This document shows, one piece after another, positions 14,146-27,028 of a DNA stretch of 64,000 bases; positions within the stretch are counted from its first letter, which is position 1; every line of letters starts with the position of its first letter. Below the pieces are notes generated by a model. That model was not told the DNA's origin and did not search any database. It saw only the letters and a list, made by a program, of their open reading frames with translations. This stretch comes from Proteromonas lacertae (taxonomy: Eukaryota), in assembly GCA_002245135.1 (NCBI GenBank), contig NGBS01000872.1:186001-250000 (forward strand), read 5' to 3'. Both the position numbers and the translations under genes were made by a program.

Positions 14146-17100
14146 ATGGCAACATTAAGACCACTTCCAGATTTGCTCAAATTGGTATAGGCGGTCATAA
14201 TTATTCCATATGTAGGCAAAAACAGGTCCATACGATGATCGTTTTATGGCAATTTCTGATATTCGTGAAATTCTTGAGAGAAAACAAGAACTAGACGCAG
14301 GAGACCTTGGAAGTATTTCAAAGGTAGTTTTAGAGAGATTTCAAAGTGAAGAACAGAGTGAAATCCTTTCTATTGCTGTAAAAGTTTTAGCGCTTGTTGT
14401 AAGTAGAGATAAACCACCAGTCAATGATATATCAAACACATTGATTAACCTAATCTTGTCAGATAAAGCTAATTCGAAGTATTTGCTTGTAATTGTAATT
14501 TACATAGAGACACTTATGTGTTAGGTATGAAATCCTTAATTACTGGAATAAAAGAGAGTTACAAGAGTGATTTGATAAGTATAGTGATTTTATTTTTCTA
14601 TTCTCTTTATAGATACTCTTGGTGGTAGAGACGGTTTATTCCTTCTTATTACTGATAGTAATTTATCCATAAGAATCGAAGGATTCCACTTATACACCAC
14701 CTTATTCAACAGATTCTGTTCATCTTACTCAGATGGTAAAAAAGTGGTATACGAAGCAATCAGCAACTTAGGTGCAAAAGGTGAAAATAATTCAGCACTT
14801 CAAACAGCAGCTATTGAAACAATCTGCAGTTATTTACCTTATCTAGCTAATCAGTATGATGTTGTTGTAAAAACCATAATTGACAATATGAAGAAGTGTA
14901 ATGCAGATTCTGAGAATTTAAGACCATATATAACCTGTTTAGGAGAAATATCTCATATTAATGGATATTTATTATCACCTCAAATTAGTAGTTTTATTGA
15001 CAATCTGTTTGAATATGTTGGTGAAGTAAAAGACAGTAAGAAACAGAATCCAACTGGTGATGAGATAAGAGCAAAGTGTTTTATGACATTAGAGCAATTG
15101 ACAATTAACTGTACCGAATCTATGAAAGGAAATGCTGATAAATTAATAAACGTATTTATTGTTGTTATTATATATATATAATTATAGAAAGCTATTCAAT
15201 TTGCAGTATATGATCCAAACTTCCACTATGATGAGAATGTAACTGATGATATTGGTGAAGCTAATGAAGATAATGGAAACAACAACAACAACAACAACAA
15301 GAATAAGAATGAAGATGATGATGATGATGATGATGAATATGATGATGACGAATATGAATATGAGAGTGATAATGGTGAAGAAGATGACAGTTGGCAAATA
15401 CGAACTAATGCAATAAAGGTATTAATAGCCTGTGTGAATAAAGAGATAATATCAATGGATAAACTGGTAGAAACATTGGGTAGATTACTGATAGTAAGAT
15501 TCCAAGATAGAAGTGAGAATGTGAAGTTAGAAGTGATTAGATGTGGTTCAATATTATTACAAAGAATTATATCATTAAGTGAACATAATGTTGGTTTATA
15601 TAGTAAAGATATTACTTCATTCTTAGATATGACTATTAGTAGAATATGTATATTTATTATTATTATTATTATGTATAGTATCTTATACTCAACCACAATG
15701 TAGTCAAAATGTAAGACAAAGTGTCTATTCTTACTTGTCATTATTCTTATTATGTTTAAAGTATAATCCAGTCAAAGTTAAAGATAGTGACATTAATGAA
15801 TTAATGGATAGAATTATACGTGGTTTAAGTGATTCTAGTAGTACAAACATTGTTATTAATTCGATTGAATGTTTGAATAGTTGTTTATTATTATTTTCTG
15901 ATAATAATTCTATCTTAATTAAAGCATATCCAATTATTATCAAGTCATTATTGGATCATACTCAGAAAATATCATTTTTTTTTATTTTTAATATATAAAT
16001 ATTATATTATTATTATTTTCCTTAATCTTTGATTTTTACCCATCTTTCAAAGTAGCAATAGCTTCTTCTGATACTATTAATTCATTTCTATTATATTTCT
16101 CTAAACAATCAACTGTACCAAAATGTATAACTGATTCATTAGAGAATATATGTGAAGCAATTAAGAAACAATTATTAAATGAAAGTTCATTAGCTGATTA
16201 TAAGTGTAGTTTATTACACGTTGTTGTATATATATATATATAATAATTATTATTATTAGAATACTATATATTATTACCATAACAAACATGTTGAAAAACT
16301 AACTAAAGATTTCATTGATATATTATTAAAGTGTTTGAGTAATATTGCTATTACTTCATCAACATTAGACGTATTAAACACCATTCTTAGCAATTCATCA
16401 ACTGATATAGTTAAACCACATATTAGTATATATATATAATATTAATGTTATTTATAGCTGAGATATTAAGCCATTTATTCACAATATTACAAAAGGATGA
16501 AATGAATAGAGTCAATTCAATCAATCTCTTAATCATCATAGTTAATAATTTCTCCTCAATATTACCATCTGCTCAAGTTACAATTCTATTGGATATTGTT
16601 ACTAAAGCAATATCTAATAAGCATGATATATATACAACACTACAAAATATCAAATTATTAACTTCATTGATTGAGAAAGGATTAGTTTCTGATTTTAGTA
16701 AATTACAGCCAAGTGTATTGAATCAAATATTGATTATATCAATGAATACTACCATTACTGTATATATTAATATATATATATATATAGAATGATAATAAAG
16801 AAATCTTATCCAATTATCTAACAACATTATGTAAATCCAATAAGGTAAATGGAAAAGAATTGATAAAACTCATTCAAAAGGATGTTGAAAAGCTATCAGG
16901 AAATGAAAGAAATGTTATTGAGAATTATCCACAATTATTATATGGAATTATATTGACATTACCTGATGATATTACAGCTACAATAATAAAAGAGTACATA
17001 TATATATATATATATATTATTTATTTATTTATTAGTTTTATGGAATGTAATGTAAAGATTCCAACATTATATGCTATTCAGTTAAGATGCTTAGGATTAT

Positions 17101-18468
17101 TGGGAAGAAAAATAAATATATCAAAAATATATACCAATTTATATACTAAATTAGAGTCTTTATTATCTGAAAGTATATTTATATATATATAATAAATAAT
17201 AGAAATGGATATTGTTACAGCTGCAGCATGTTTTGCATATGGTAATTGTTGTATTACATCTGTTGATACGTATATTATAATGATAGTTTTTTTATTATTT
17301 TTATTGTAGTACATTAAGTCAATTATTAAATCAAATCAGCAAGAATAGTGGTGAAGATCGATATGTAGTGATATTACAAGAATTAATCATTGGTGCAAGT
17401 CATAATATCTCTATATTACAAAGTAAAGTGAATGAAATACTAAACATACTGTTATCCACCTTATATTCAATGAATAAAATAGATGGTGATATTTCAAGAC
17501 AATTAACCAAAATCAATAACATTGGAATGTGTTTATCATTGTTATATCCATTAAATCCAAGTGAAATATTTAATAATATTGATAAACTATTTGATGATGA
17601 AATGATTACTGCAAGATTATGTTCAATCTATGCAATTAGATACTTGGCTAATAATGAAGATGTGTCTAACAATATAGTTTCATTATTACCCAAATATATT
17701 AAATTATTTGATATTAATCAACACTTGGATTTATTAAGAGAAAGCTTGATTACTTTTAATAAGATATTATCCACTGGATATAATTGTTTTTATCGTCCAT
17801 TGTTTGATAATCATGTATTTACTGATATGTATATTATATATTTATTAATATGTTTATAGACTTACACCATTATTAACTCATAAAAGTAGTAATACTAAAA
17901 CTCCAATATCTTTTATTTTTTTTTTTAAATATAAGTTATGTTCTTAATTATTATACACTATTGATGAAGCTGTGTTGATTAGAAGACAAGCTTATTTCTG
18001 TTATCGTACAGCCTATTTGAAGTATTCACACTCATTATTCGATTTTGATACTTTATTACCTATTATTATCGGATCATTTGATCAAAAATATGAAGTAAGA
18101 AGCATTAGTTTAGAACTTCTTAACAAACTGTTCAGTGATGACGAAGAATTAAGTATTAAATACATAAATCAAGTTAAAGATCAATATGATAAGGTATATA
18201 CTTATATATTTTATTTATTCATTATTTTATTTGATAGCTGTTCAAAGATAAAGAAACTAGACCAAATGACGATTCATTAGATATTTTGGTGAAGATTTAT
18301 CTTTCATTACGTAATGTTATACCACCTCGTGAAAATACAAGTTATATAAACTCTGTGAATCATATAGAAGAAAAATTAAACCAAGACAGTAGAGTATTTA
18401 TTTCTTTGTAGTTATATTTTGTATAGTGTAAAGAAAGAATGATGGTTACTCCTGTAACTCCTCATTAA
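14146..18468 (+). CDS. CAND1: Cullin-associated NEDD8-dissociated protein 1 (HEAT repeats; divergent, many introns)
   Basis: DDRFMAISD, YDPNFHYDE..acidic..DDSWQIR, RFQDRSENVK, TIDEAVLIRRQAY match the CAND1 motifs DFRFMATND, YDPNY, DDMSWKVR, RFKEREENV, TVDDGLDIRKAA. Confidence 0.85.
15969..16039 (+). other. AT-AC (U12-type) intron 1 in CAND1
   Basis: 5' ATATCATTT, branch TTTTCCTTAAT, 3' TTTTTAC. Removal joins ..DHTQK|PSFKVAIAS.. in frame. Confidence 0.85.
17906..17956 (+). other. AT-AC (U12-type) intron 2 in CAND1
   Basis: 5' ATATCTTTT, branch GTTCTTAAT, 3' TATAC. Removal joins ..NTKTP|TIDEAVLIRRQAY in frame. Confidence 0.85.
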
Positions 18469-18761
18469 ATTTGATTATAAATCTCAGATATAAATGATAG
18501 TGTGTTGAGGTTTAATAGTATCATATTTGCTATACTAAAAAAAACATTTCATAATAGATTCTATGAAAAAACAAGAAAATTACTCTAGTTTTCAACTATA
18601 AAATAAAATTATACATTCTACTCTCTATTCTAATAATTTTATTTCATTTTATCAACTTATACTAAACTAAAAATGTCCTATTCAAAAATAGGAAGTTTGA
18701 AATGAAATTTTTGAAAGCTTGAATTTTGCTTGAAACATTTGATTGGATATTTGGAATAAGA

Positions 18762-21700
18762 ATGACTGTTATTCATTTCTTATTGTTTGCTTTGTGTATT
18801 TATATTTTTTATATTATATTTTTTAGGTTTATGCTCTGTTACACTTACAGACAACACAAAGTATACTGATCAATTTAGTGTTTTACATTATGGTAAGAAT
18901 AACCATGGTGAAATTTCATCAGAAGGATCTGGAAGAGAATCAGTACAAGGATATGGTAATCAAAGATGCGAAGGATCTGATAAGAAAGTTGTACATATCT
19001 TCTTAGAAGGATATGTTGGAAGAAATCAAGGAAATGATGATGTACTTACTGATTTCAGAAAGTATTTCACTCTCAAAAACAAGAATGGTCAAACTGATCT
19101 TACAAACAAGTTTACAGTAATAGCCGATGGTAGTAAATATTCCCTAACATTATGCTCATCATGGAATGACGTATATGAGTTGAGAAGAAGCAATATAGAA
19201 CACTTAAATGTGGAATTAGGTATTCTGTTGATAGAAAGTGATGGTAAAACAATTAGAAAAATCGAATTAGACAAAATTAAGTTAAATGAAGGTATAGAAA
19301 TATCATTAGAAGTTGAATCAAGAAACAGAATAAATCAAGAGTCTTCCTCATTAGAATACTATCAAACCTATTTCAATTTAACAGTTGGATTAGAATACAT
19401 AATAAAGCCGAAGTTTCGGGGTAGTTGTAGCGTAATTAGTCAAACAGGTATGCCAAGTGATAATGGTTTTAGTTTTGAGAATGGTGTATTTACAGTAACA
19501 CTTTTAAGAGCATTAAATGAAAGATTGGTAATAAGTGTTACTTGTGATTCTTCATCTGAGGTTCAATTGGTATTTGTGAGTAATAATGGTTATGTATTCT
19601 ATTCGAATAGTATAGTGAATGAAATGCGAAGTGTATTATACAATGAGAATGTAAAGAGTTGTAATATCACTCCTTCATTACCAACTGGAATAGTATTAAA
19701 TCCAAGTAGTTGTTCAATCAGTGGATTTATAGGTGATGTAGTAAGTTCAATGAAAGAATATACAATTGAATATACAATGAAAGATGGAATTGAACAAATA
19801 AATAATGAAAAGATGAAAATCGCTGTTAGTTCAACATTATTAGAATGTTCTTATGGAATTGATGAAATAATCACAATTCCAATGAATAATCCATTTACAA
19901 TAAATAAACCTCATTGCAATACTCCAATCTACGGTTGTAAAATAGTATCAGGTGAATTATTTGGTGGATTAGTGTTGAATGATAATTGTGAATTTACAAC
20001 TAGTGGTATTTCTTCTACTTATGAAACAACCAAATTATCAATCGAAATAACCAACTTGAAACAAACCATCGGAATAGAAATCTCTTTACAAGTAGTAGAT
20101 ATTCCTACTCCAAAAACAAAACCATTACAATTCTTATCATATCAATCAAATGAAGTAATGTTTTTAGCTGAAATAAATAGTGTTTATTCACCATCATTTG
20201 AAGGTGAAATAGAAAGTTGTGAATATGATATAGAAACAAATGGTGGAAGTTTACCAAATGGAATAACAATAGATTCTAATACTTGTACAATAAAAGGTAA
20301 ATATACAACCAAACCAAGTTATGATTCTCAAAAGATTGTAATAACTGGAAAGAATAGTCACAGTTCATCCTCTTATACAATACTAATTCACTATTATGGT
20401 AAAGATGCAACTCAAGCTATTCAAGGATATAAAACTTATTACCATAAAGATTTATTTAATGAAAATGCATGTTGTTTAAGTCATGCTGTTTCTGAAAATG
20501 CAAAATTAAAGTATGTAATGACAAAGAGATATATAGATTATGAGAAAGGATCATATTTATGGCCTGATTTAAGTTACAATATGGAAATTGAAACATCAAT
20601 TAACTTTACATATGTAGTTAATGATTTAAATACGAGAAATGAATGGAAATTTTCCGGAAATTGGTGTAATTTTGGAGGTGCTAATACTAATTTGCATTCA
20701 TATAAAGGTTATTTATGTAACGATGATTGTCAAAATTATAAAGATGGTGCACGTGGTGATTATAATCATGCTTATGGTGAAAGATATTTGTATTATGGAA
20801 GACCAAAAACCACATCAAATACTTTTCATGCAGATTATTATACAATAAGTGCATTCCCTAATAATAAGAAAATATCAAACTTAGGTGATGAAATGTATCA
20901 CATTCCAATTGGATTTATGGAATATAATTTCACTTATGCTATATATCCATTAAATGGTCCAATTCCAATCAACACATTGATATTCCATAAAACAATAACT
21001 CCTAGTAATTATCGATCATTTTCAATATATCCTCCATTACCAACTGGATTATATTTCAATGAAAAAACAGGTGAAATAAGTGGAAGTCCAACAATTGAAT
21101 CTCCATTAACATCATATTATGTTATAGGTAATACAATACTATATGATAAACTAACAACAAAAGTTGACATTGGTGTAGAAAAATATGAATCAAGTAATAC
21201 ATTTACATGTGAAACTAAGGATAAATATACAGCAGGAGAAACAATATCAATTCAATGTGGTAAATTAGATAAATCAAAATTCACTTCAAGTACATTACCC
21301 AAAGGTTTGACAATTAACAAAGATGATGGTATTATATCAGGAGTTGTATTAGAACCAGTAATCGATTATAAAGTGACTGTATATCGATATGAATTAACAG
21401 GAATTAGTTCTCATGAAATTTCAATAACAATAGAAGCTTCACAATATTATTTCGAATTGGTATATGAATATGAAGATATAAATAATAAAGAAATAATTGT
21501 AAAAAAATCAAATGGAATAGCAGTTACCCCAAAAGAATTTGAGCCAATGAAATCAATTAAAATATTTGTTGTAAATGAAGATAATCAAGGAAATGGAAAT
21601 TATGAAATAGAATTTAAAGGTAATGGAAAATACAGAATATATAATTCTGAACATAATATATTAGTTTCAAAATCAGCAACAGCTAATGAAAAGATATCAT

Positions 21701-24700
21701 TTTCCGTTGTTAATACTGGAAAACCAATAATTGAATATTCCAGTAATAAATATGAATTATTAGTTCTAACAGATTATTATATTGGTCCAAAAGTGAGAAA
21801 TGGAGCTTATTTATTTGAGATAGATGCTATTCCTGATGGAATGACATTTGATAAATCAAGTGGTGTGTTGAGTGGATTTGTTAGTAATAGATATAATGGT
21901 GGTAAAGTAACAATAAAATGTAAAAATGAGAATGGTTATTCTGAACCAGTTACATTAACTATAACTACTCTTCACAATCCCAATTATCCAATTACTGATA
22001 CAACAGAATGGGAATATACCGATACTAGCCAAACAGATTCATCTTGGTCATTGTTTTATAATCCAAATGAAGAGAATTGGAAATTAGGAATAGCAACTGA
22101 ATTTGATAAAAAGTCATCAATTACCAGATATTATCGAACATCATTTGAAATAGCAGATATAACACAAACTGGTCCTCCATCTATAAGAATAGCATATAAT
22201 GATGGTTTATTAATCTATGTAAATGGATATGAAATATTCCGAAGAAATCTGAAAGCAGGTGAAATAGATTCTTCAACATTATCATTAAAAAGTAAAAAAG
22301 AGACTAAAAAATTGTCAATTCCATTAGAAGTAATTCAAGATGGAATAAACTATATTGGAATAGAAATTCATGAAAATTCCAAACCAACAGATAAAAGTGA
22401 TATATTTGTATTAGAGTTGTCATATACAAACGCTATTACTACATCTAATCAAATATCAAAAGTTGATAATGTAGATTATGTTTTAACTCCAGCTACAAAT
22501 AATGAATTAGAGAATGGATATAATGTAGAAGGAATGGAAAAAACATTTGAAATTAAAGAAGGGGTTGTTAGAGATTTTTGTTCGATTAAATTCTATGCTA
22601 ATGAAAAAGTAGAAAGAACAAAATCGAACTGGTTTCCATATAATATTACATATACATTCAAAAACAATGAAGCTCATTATATAAATGAATTTTCAATAGC
22701 TGGATGTACAAATAATGCAAATACTCATCCTAAATCAATAAAAATCTTTGGAAGTAGTGATAGTGAAAATCCAATCTGGAATGAATTATATTCAAATGAA
22801 AATATGAGTTTGACCGAAATAGGAGGAGATCAAAATCCTATAGCTGGATTAAATTGTTATAATTCATTTCCATATAATTTATTAAATAATAAAAAATCAT
22901 TTGAAAGTTACAGATTAGAAATATTTGATAATAATAACTTTACGGATGTATGGGGATTTTATATTCAGTTTAAATTATTTGTAGTGAATCAAAAGCCATT
23001 ATTCGTATGTGAAAATGATGGAGAATTTCCTACAGTATATGTTGGTGGAAGTTCAATGGTAAAATGTAATTATGGATATAAAAGTAAAAAATGTTTAGAA
23101 AATGGAGTATGGGATAGTGTTATTAATGATAGTAAATGTTTTGTAAATCCTCCTACTCAACCACCTCCAACAACTCAAACTCCTACAACTGTTAAACCCA
23201 CAACACAAACTCCTACAACACAAGAACCTACAACAATTAAACCAACAACTCCTTCACCCACTACAGCAAGACCAACAACAGTAAAACCAACAACACTACC
23301 ACCAGGAAATGATTTTTATGATGTTATTACTCAAGATAAAGATGAAATATTACTTGATAGATCATATATAGTTGAAATGAAAGATTGGAATATTCCATCA
23401 ATAAAATTCTCGAAATTAATAGGTAAAGGTGATGAAACAAAGATAATATTAAAATTCGATTCAAATGGTGAAGAAACTAAAAACATTCAATTATTTGGTG
23501 ATTTAGATGGTAAAGTATTAGAACATGTTCATTTTGTGATCGAATCGTTACCAGTTGAAAATATGTTGAAATTAAATGCAAATGGAATATTTTCAAAGTT
23601 ATCTAATAGTTATTTATATGATATTGAACTGAAAATCGAATCGAATATCGAAATGATTCAAAATGAAGAAGATAAAACCTTTGGTTTATTGAGTAATTCA
23701 ATGGAGAATATGATAATGATTCATGTTGGAATATATTTTGATGGAAAGATCTCAATAACTACTAATGAATGGAAAACAACATTTGGATTGATTAGTGGAA
23801 GTATAAAGAATATCGAAGGAAAAGAAGTGAGTGGAATATTTGTGAAAGGAAATGAATATAGTTTTACATCTACCAGAAATTATGATAATGATCATTTTGT
23901 ATATAATGGTTTGATGTTTGGTGAAGGAAAAGATGTAATAATATCGTATAGTTATAGTGATATAAATAAATATAATGCTGATATAAAAAGAGGTATAAGT
24001 ATTAGTGTTACAATATCACATGGTTTGACTGATTCAAGTTTTATAAAATTCTTTAGATGTTTTGTTATTATTCGAGAAATAGCAGATATTGTTACCAATA
24101 ATTGGACATTCTTTGGTCCATTTGTTTGTCGAAGTAGTACAGCAGTTTATGTAGATGAATGTTGGAATGATATAAAATTTGGTATAATAAATGGAACAAT
24201 GGATGTAGTAGGATTTAGAGGTAATTATGAAAGTAGTACTGAAAATGCAAAAGTAGAATTATCAAATAGTTATAGTAATTGGGAATTTACACAATCAACA
24301 ATTGGTGAAGTAAATATAAACTGTATAGCCAAATATGGAGTTGTTAGTTCAATAATAAAGAATGTCTATGTTTCAATAACAGTTAGTTCTGATGAAATAT
24401 TATTTTACAAAATATATAAAATAGGTGATGGAAGTAGCCCAGATTTAATGAACAATGTTTATATTCAAATACCAAATAAATATAAAGTAGAAGGAGTTGG
24501 ATCAGTAGAAATAGTTGATGAAAATTCTGATATAAAAGAAAAGCCATATAAATATTTGAATGGATTCTTTAAAAAAGATACAAAAATGTATTATTCCACA
24601 ATGCCAAGATATGATGGAAATAAAATAATTGATGAATATAAGCTATTAGAAAATGTTGATATATCATTTGATGAAAATTCTTATCCATATTATAACAAAG

Positions 24701-26898
24701 TGAAATCTGTTTGGTATCGAAATGAGATAAGTTTAAATCCAATATATACATCAGAAATGGTTATGAATGGATTTTTAAATATATTTTTGAAGGATATAAA
24801 AGATGAAACAATGACTATTTCTATATCAGGTAGTGCAATAGTAACAGCATCTCCAGTGACATTGAATGGTTGGTCAATTTCAAAAACTACTATTTACAAA
24901 GAACCTCTAACAATTTTTTTAATGTCATTTAAGGAACAATCTTACGCTAAAATCGAATATACAATCTTACCTGAGAATAGAGAAGAAGTAATTGAAATAG
25001 TGAAGAAGGATGTAAATCCATCATATACAGTTAGTTATAGTGAATATGTAGAAGAGAATAGAGAATTTAATATAATGTTTAGTTTACCATATCCATCTGA
25101 AATAGTAGTAAGTAGAAGTGAAATAATAAGTATGAAATCATTAGAAAATGTAAAATATTTACCTCATGAATATGAATCAAAATTAATACTGAAAGTAGGT
25201 GAAGTAGAAAATGATAAAGAAGAAACAGTGAATATTTGTGTAAAATCTCCCTTTGCTTATGTTGAAGAAAGTGGAAAATGTTTTGATTTGAAAGTAAAAA
25301 TCCATAATTATGATCCAAGTAAACCAACAACTCAACCACCACCTACTACTCAAACACCAACAACAATTAAACCCACAACACAAACACCTACAACTGTTAA
25401 ACCAACTATTAAACCAACAACTCAAACACCAACAACTCAAGAACCTACAACAGTTAAACCAACCATTAAACCAACTACCCAAACACCTACAACTCAAAAA
25501 CCTACAACAGTAAAACCAACAACAGTTCAACCCACAACACAAAAACCAACTACACCAAGACCAACAACAATAAAACCAACAACACAAAAACCTACAACAG
25601 TTATTCCAACTACAATAAAACCATCTACAATAATACCAACAACTGAATCTCCATCTACATCAACTATTTATGAAACTGGAACAATTGAAACTGGTATAAC
25701 TGAATCAACAAATGAAACATCCAATCCAACAACTTCAATACCAACAACAACTATTCCAACAACTCCAAAACCAATTGAAAGAATATCAATAGAAATCAAA
25801 ATCTCAAATATTACATCTTCTGTAGTATCTGAATTGAGTGAAAATGATAAAAATATAATCAAAGATTCAATAATGGAAATCTATAAGAAAGCTGGTATAA
25901 CATTAAGAAGAGAAGATGTTGAAGTAATTGTGAATAATCGAAGAATGTTATTGCGAGGATTAGAAAATGATATGAATATCGAAGTAATAGTGACAGTTCC
26001 AGAAGAATCAACAAAAACTCAAATATTCTTTGTAGCAAATAGCTTGAAAGATTCAAATGAATTGAATGAAGAAATCAAAGCCAAAGCTGATTTAAGTGAA
26101 GAAGAAACAATATTCAAAGATTGTGAAGTTGAAGTAACAAAAGTAGAAGAAAAGAATTATCCAACAGCAAAACCTAGCAATGGAGGAGATAAATCAGATA
26201 GTGGTGGTTTATCTACAGGTGCTTTAATAGGAATAATAGTTGGAGCAGTCGTAGTAGTGATAATAATAGTGGTAGGAATAATATTATGTAGATCAAAGAA
26301 GACAGAATCTCATCCAACCAAAACCAAATCCAAACCCAAGCCCAAACCATTACCACAGAAAGGAGTAAAAGCAAGTGGAAATAATGAACCAGCAGGTGCA
26401 AATATAGAATTACCAAAAGTGACAGAAGAAAAGAAAGAAGAAGAAAAGCCAAAAGAAGAAAAACCAAAAGTTGAAGAAGAAGTAAAGAAAGAAGAAGAAA
26501 AACCCAAAGAAATAGAAAAGCCTAAAGAAGAAGTGAAGAAAGAGGAGGAAAAACCAAAAGAAGAAATAGAAAAACCCAAAGAAGAAGAAAAACCTAAAGA
26601 AGATAAACCTATAGAGGAAGATAAGCCTAAAGAAGAGAAGAAAAAAGATGAGAAAACTAAAGAAGAAGAAGTGAAGAAAGAAGAAGAAGTGAAGAAAGAA
26701 GATAAACCTCACCCTAGAAAAACAGGAAGTAAAGTAAATAGAAAGAGAAGTGGAAGTGGATCAAGTTATTCATCCAGCTATAGTGGAAGTTACTCTTCTA
26801 GTTATTCCTCAAGTTACAGTGGAAGTGAAAGTGATAATGAAAGACCAAAAGAAGTAAAAGCCAATCCCCCACCTCCACCAGAAAGAAAAGAAGATTAA
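18762..26898 (+). CDS. Giant type-I membrane surface protein with He_PIG/Ig-like repeats, lectin-like domains and mucin-like PT stalks
   Basis: Signal peptide after one short intron; repeated LPxG(L/I)x..(T/C)GxISG motifs; TRYYRTSF..DGLLIYVNGYEIFRRN domain; two PTT repeats; TM GALIGIIVGAVVVVIIIVVGIILC; KE-rich cytoplasmic tail. Confidence 0.85.
23149..23302 (+). repeat. Coding Pro/Thr mucin-like repeat 1
   Basis: PPTQPPPTTQTPTTVKPTTQTPTTQEPTT... Confidence 0.8.
25321..25773 (+). repeat. Coding Pro/Thr mucin-like repeat 2
   Basis: KPTTQPPPTTQTPTTIKPTTQTPTTVKPT..., same unit as repeat 1. Confidence 0.8.
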
Positions 26899-27028
26899 TA
26901 AAAGAATTGAATTGATGAAGAGAAGAGATTATCATTGATTTTATTATTATTTCATTCGATTTCTTTCAATGTTGTTTTATTGTATTTTATTAAAGACAAA
27001 TATAAAAATGGTAAGAAAAAATGAAAAA

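Noticed and set aside
13960..14190. 76-aa ORF upstream of CAND1
   Set aside because: Mostly intergenic read-through; only the part from 14146 is CAND1 exon 1
25079..26712. Antisense ORFs rich in C/W/F
   Set aside because: Shadow frames of the PT and KE low-complexity repeats
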